The position numbers and the translations under genes are program-made. The notes beneath the pieces are model-generated. The model ran no database searches and was not told the DNA's origin. It saw only the letters and a list, made by a program, of their open reading frames with translations. A DNA stretch of 63,061 nt, counting the filler, from Rhabdomonas costata (Eukaryota), in assembly GCA_019059605.1 (NCBI GenBank). It is 37 parts of 37 records of this genome, joined end to end, with 100 filler letters (N's around TTAATTAATTAA, not from the genome) between each part and the next. Parts side by side here need not be neighbours in the genome. Positions count along the whole stretch, not along the records: positions 59,752 to 61,355 come from JAHMHO010012110.1; positions 61,456 to 63,061 come from JAHMHO010012111.1; 35 more parts are not named here. One strand, written 5' to 3'. This document shows positions 60,758 through 63,061 of the stretch, piece after piece (the stretch's first letter is position 1; each line of letters begins with the position of its first letter).

Positions 60758-63061
60758 TTCTGCATTGCAGCTATTGGTGACAAAAGTGAATGATACTTTT
60801 GACCCTTTGGTTTTCCGCGAGCTTTTGTCTTTGATCACTGAGGAACTGACGGTGCCTTCTGTTGTGGTGCAGCTTCACTTGGTACTTGTCGTTCTGTCGC
60901 GCTACCCTTCTGTCTTGCGTGGAGATTTACAACTTTCTTGCTAAGATAGTATTGTTTTTCAAATGCCTTTCATTGCGAAAGTTCGAATTTCCCAGATGCA
61001 ACAGAAGGTTGTGTACAAATGCGTCATGAAATTCGACTGTTGCAACAAGCATTTCAAAGTATTTAAAAGTTCACAAGGAACAGTTTCGCAGGGGCGCGAA
61101 AACCGAAGGAGTTAGACACAACGCAAGGTACACTAGAGGTGGGATAAAGTGGGGAGACAAAAAACTAACTACTTATTGAGGGAATGGATGGACCCGAAGA
61201 GGACAACAGAGGTCACGGGGGTGATAGGTAAGCTGCGTCAATTACCTATAGACGCGGTAGGAATACTGTTATTCTTCCCCACAGACATAATTTATTTTAA
61301 GCGAAGGGGGAATTTATGACCGTTCAGCAGTGGTAAAAAAAACCAACCAAAAACCNNNNNNNNNNNNNNNNNNNNNNNNNNNNNNNNNNNNNNNNNNNNT
61401 TAATTAATTAANNNNNNNNNNNNNNNNNNNNNNNNNNNNNNNNNNNNNNNNNNNNAAATCTTTTTAACGACCACAAATGAACTTAGAACTCGAACTAGAG
61501 TGGCGAGTTGGAGCTCATGATAGGGACAGTTTTCATGCATCTTTCCTCCCTTTCTGCCTTTCTTTCAGCCCACAGATCCAATATATGGGTCTCGGAGCAA
61601 TTTTTGAATATTTTTTTAATTTTATTTATGTTTTTGAAATTTTTGTCTCTTTCCCCATCTCTGATGGAACCCTCTTGACCACTCTTCTGTCTTGCTGCTG
61701 CTCGCACCTTTCTGGCTTATATTAACGAATGTCAAATATTGTACAGCTCCTGCTCTTTCTGTAAATTATTCTACATTTTATATTCTGTCATTTTCTTTTA
61801 CAAAAACGGCCAAGTCTACTTAAAACAATTTTTGTGGTTTTTTATACTAGGTCTGCGAGTTCCAGCTCCGCTGCACAAGTGAGTGTTGCAGGGGACACCA
61901 AACAGATACCAATCACACAGATAACATCCACCACACCCACACCCACTCTCACAACCACCCATCCACTCTACACACTGAGCTGGGTGAGAAAGGGAAACGC
62001 TAGTAGTGGATACTACCAGGCACCGAAATCGGCTGAATCCATATTTCACCACTCTGCTCTCGACAAGGCGCAGGGATGAAGGCAACTCTATGGTTTCACC
62101 TCCAACCTGGTCTTCCCCTGCGAAACAGATGGGGGACAGCAGGTCTCTGGCTGGAGACATAAGTTGGACACACAAACACACACCTACAAAGGCGCTCGCC
62201 GGAGTAGTGACCAGAGTTTAAAGTCACTGTACCAAAGGTATATATGGTTGGGTTTCGAAAATAACACTTTCTGAAAGTGACGAGAATGCGCCTGAACGCT
62301 GGCATTCGCCTTGGCAGGACAGAAAGCGGTTCCACTTTCCCCCACTTTCCCCCAGCCTTCCTCCACGGCTACTGCAGAAAAAAGAATTCATTGGCACATT
62401 CATGGCAGCATCCTAGGTCACTGTGTGGAAATCCCTCAAATGACAGCCGAAGAGGCAGAGTGTCTGCCTCCAAAGTCCAGAACCCCCACCCCCTTCCACC
62501 CACACTGCCGCCTCTCAAGAGCGCTGCTTCTTGGCAGGTGTCTGCTCACAGGGCTCAGCCGTGGAGTCGTCCACCAGCCTGAAGAACCCGCGTGCCAGAA
62601 CCCCACTGCGAAACTCCACTCCTAATCTACTGATCCACCACTAACCTGAAAATCTGAAGCTGAAAGGAAAAAACCTGGGACGGCTTTTTCTCGACAAGAG
62701 CCTGCATAAGGATGCATATACTATGCAGCATGCAGCATGCCCATCCGGGCCCACCCCTTCCCCAACAGACATTTGCAACAACAGGGAGAGACAAATAGTC
62801 GCGCTTTTGTGACGCATTCGTATTGTTTAAAATCAATGCATTGGGGCGCAGAAAAACTTTTTCGTTTCTTTTCGACTTCTTTCTATTTTATTTGACGTTA
62901 GGCCATCATCGCCGAATTAATAAACAAATCATGAAGTCCGAATGTTGCGTCACGAACACAACATAACAACAAGCAAGCAAACAAAACAAACAAAACAAAA
63001 CAAAACAAAACGCCTATTGACCAGCAAGGTGCCAGGTGCAAGAGAAGGACAAAAACCCCAC

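Noticed and set aside
62263-62280. ACTTTCTGA resembling the start of the euglenid spliced leader
   Set aside because: The match ends after 9 nt, with no T-run/CG|GT continuation.

Overview
This is not a contiguous locus. It is 37 unrelated contigs of about 1.6 kb each, joined by an artificial 100-bp spacer (N44-TTAATTAATTAA-N44, stops in all six frames), so adjacency across spacers means nothing. Contig ends carry G/T-only (or C/A-only) tails and fold-back inversions typical of whole-genome amplification. Most contigs come from an intron-rich flagellated protist. A euglenid/euglenozoan is my inference, from IFT144, a euglenozoan-type adenylate cyclase and short GC-rich exons in GT-AG/GC-AG introns. 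Recognisable gene pieces: IFT144/WDR19, ankyrin repeats, WD40 repeats, a RIIa/Dpy-30-like D/D domain, a FUT8-like fragment, a protein kinase, TYW1, a class III adenylate cyclase, RING-H2, a hybrid histidine kinase, CHD1, PEX6, a fungal-type ATR1 MFS transporter, HSBP1, Sel1 repeats and an FCP1/NIF phosphatase. There are relics of several transposon classes: CRE-like non-LTR RT, DIRS-type RT/RNase H, Merlin/IS1595 and Ty3/Gypsy gag. The two strongest leads are (1) an AT-rich, intronless contig (39281-40888) that looks like a giant-virus fragment, with a papain protease and a hairpin after every gene end, and (2) a ~200-bp structured dispersed repeat with a compensatory stem change that sits just upstream of 3' splice acceptors. 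All family assignments come from motif recognition by eye; no database search was run.
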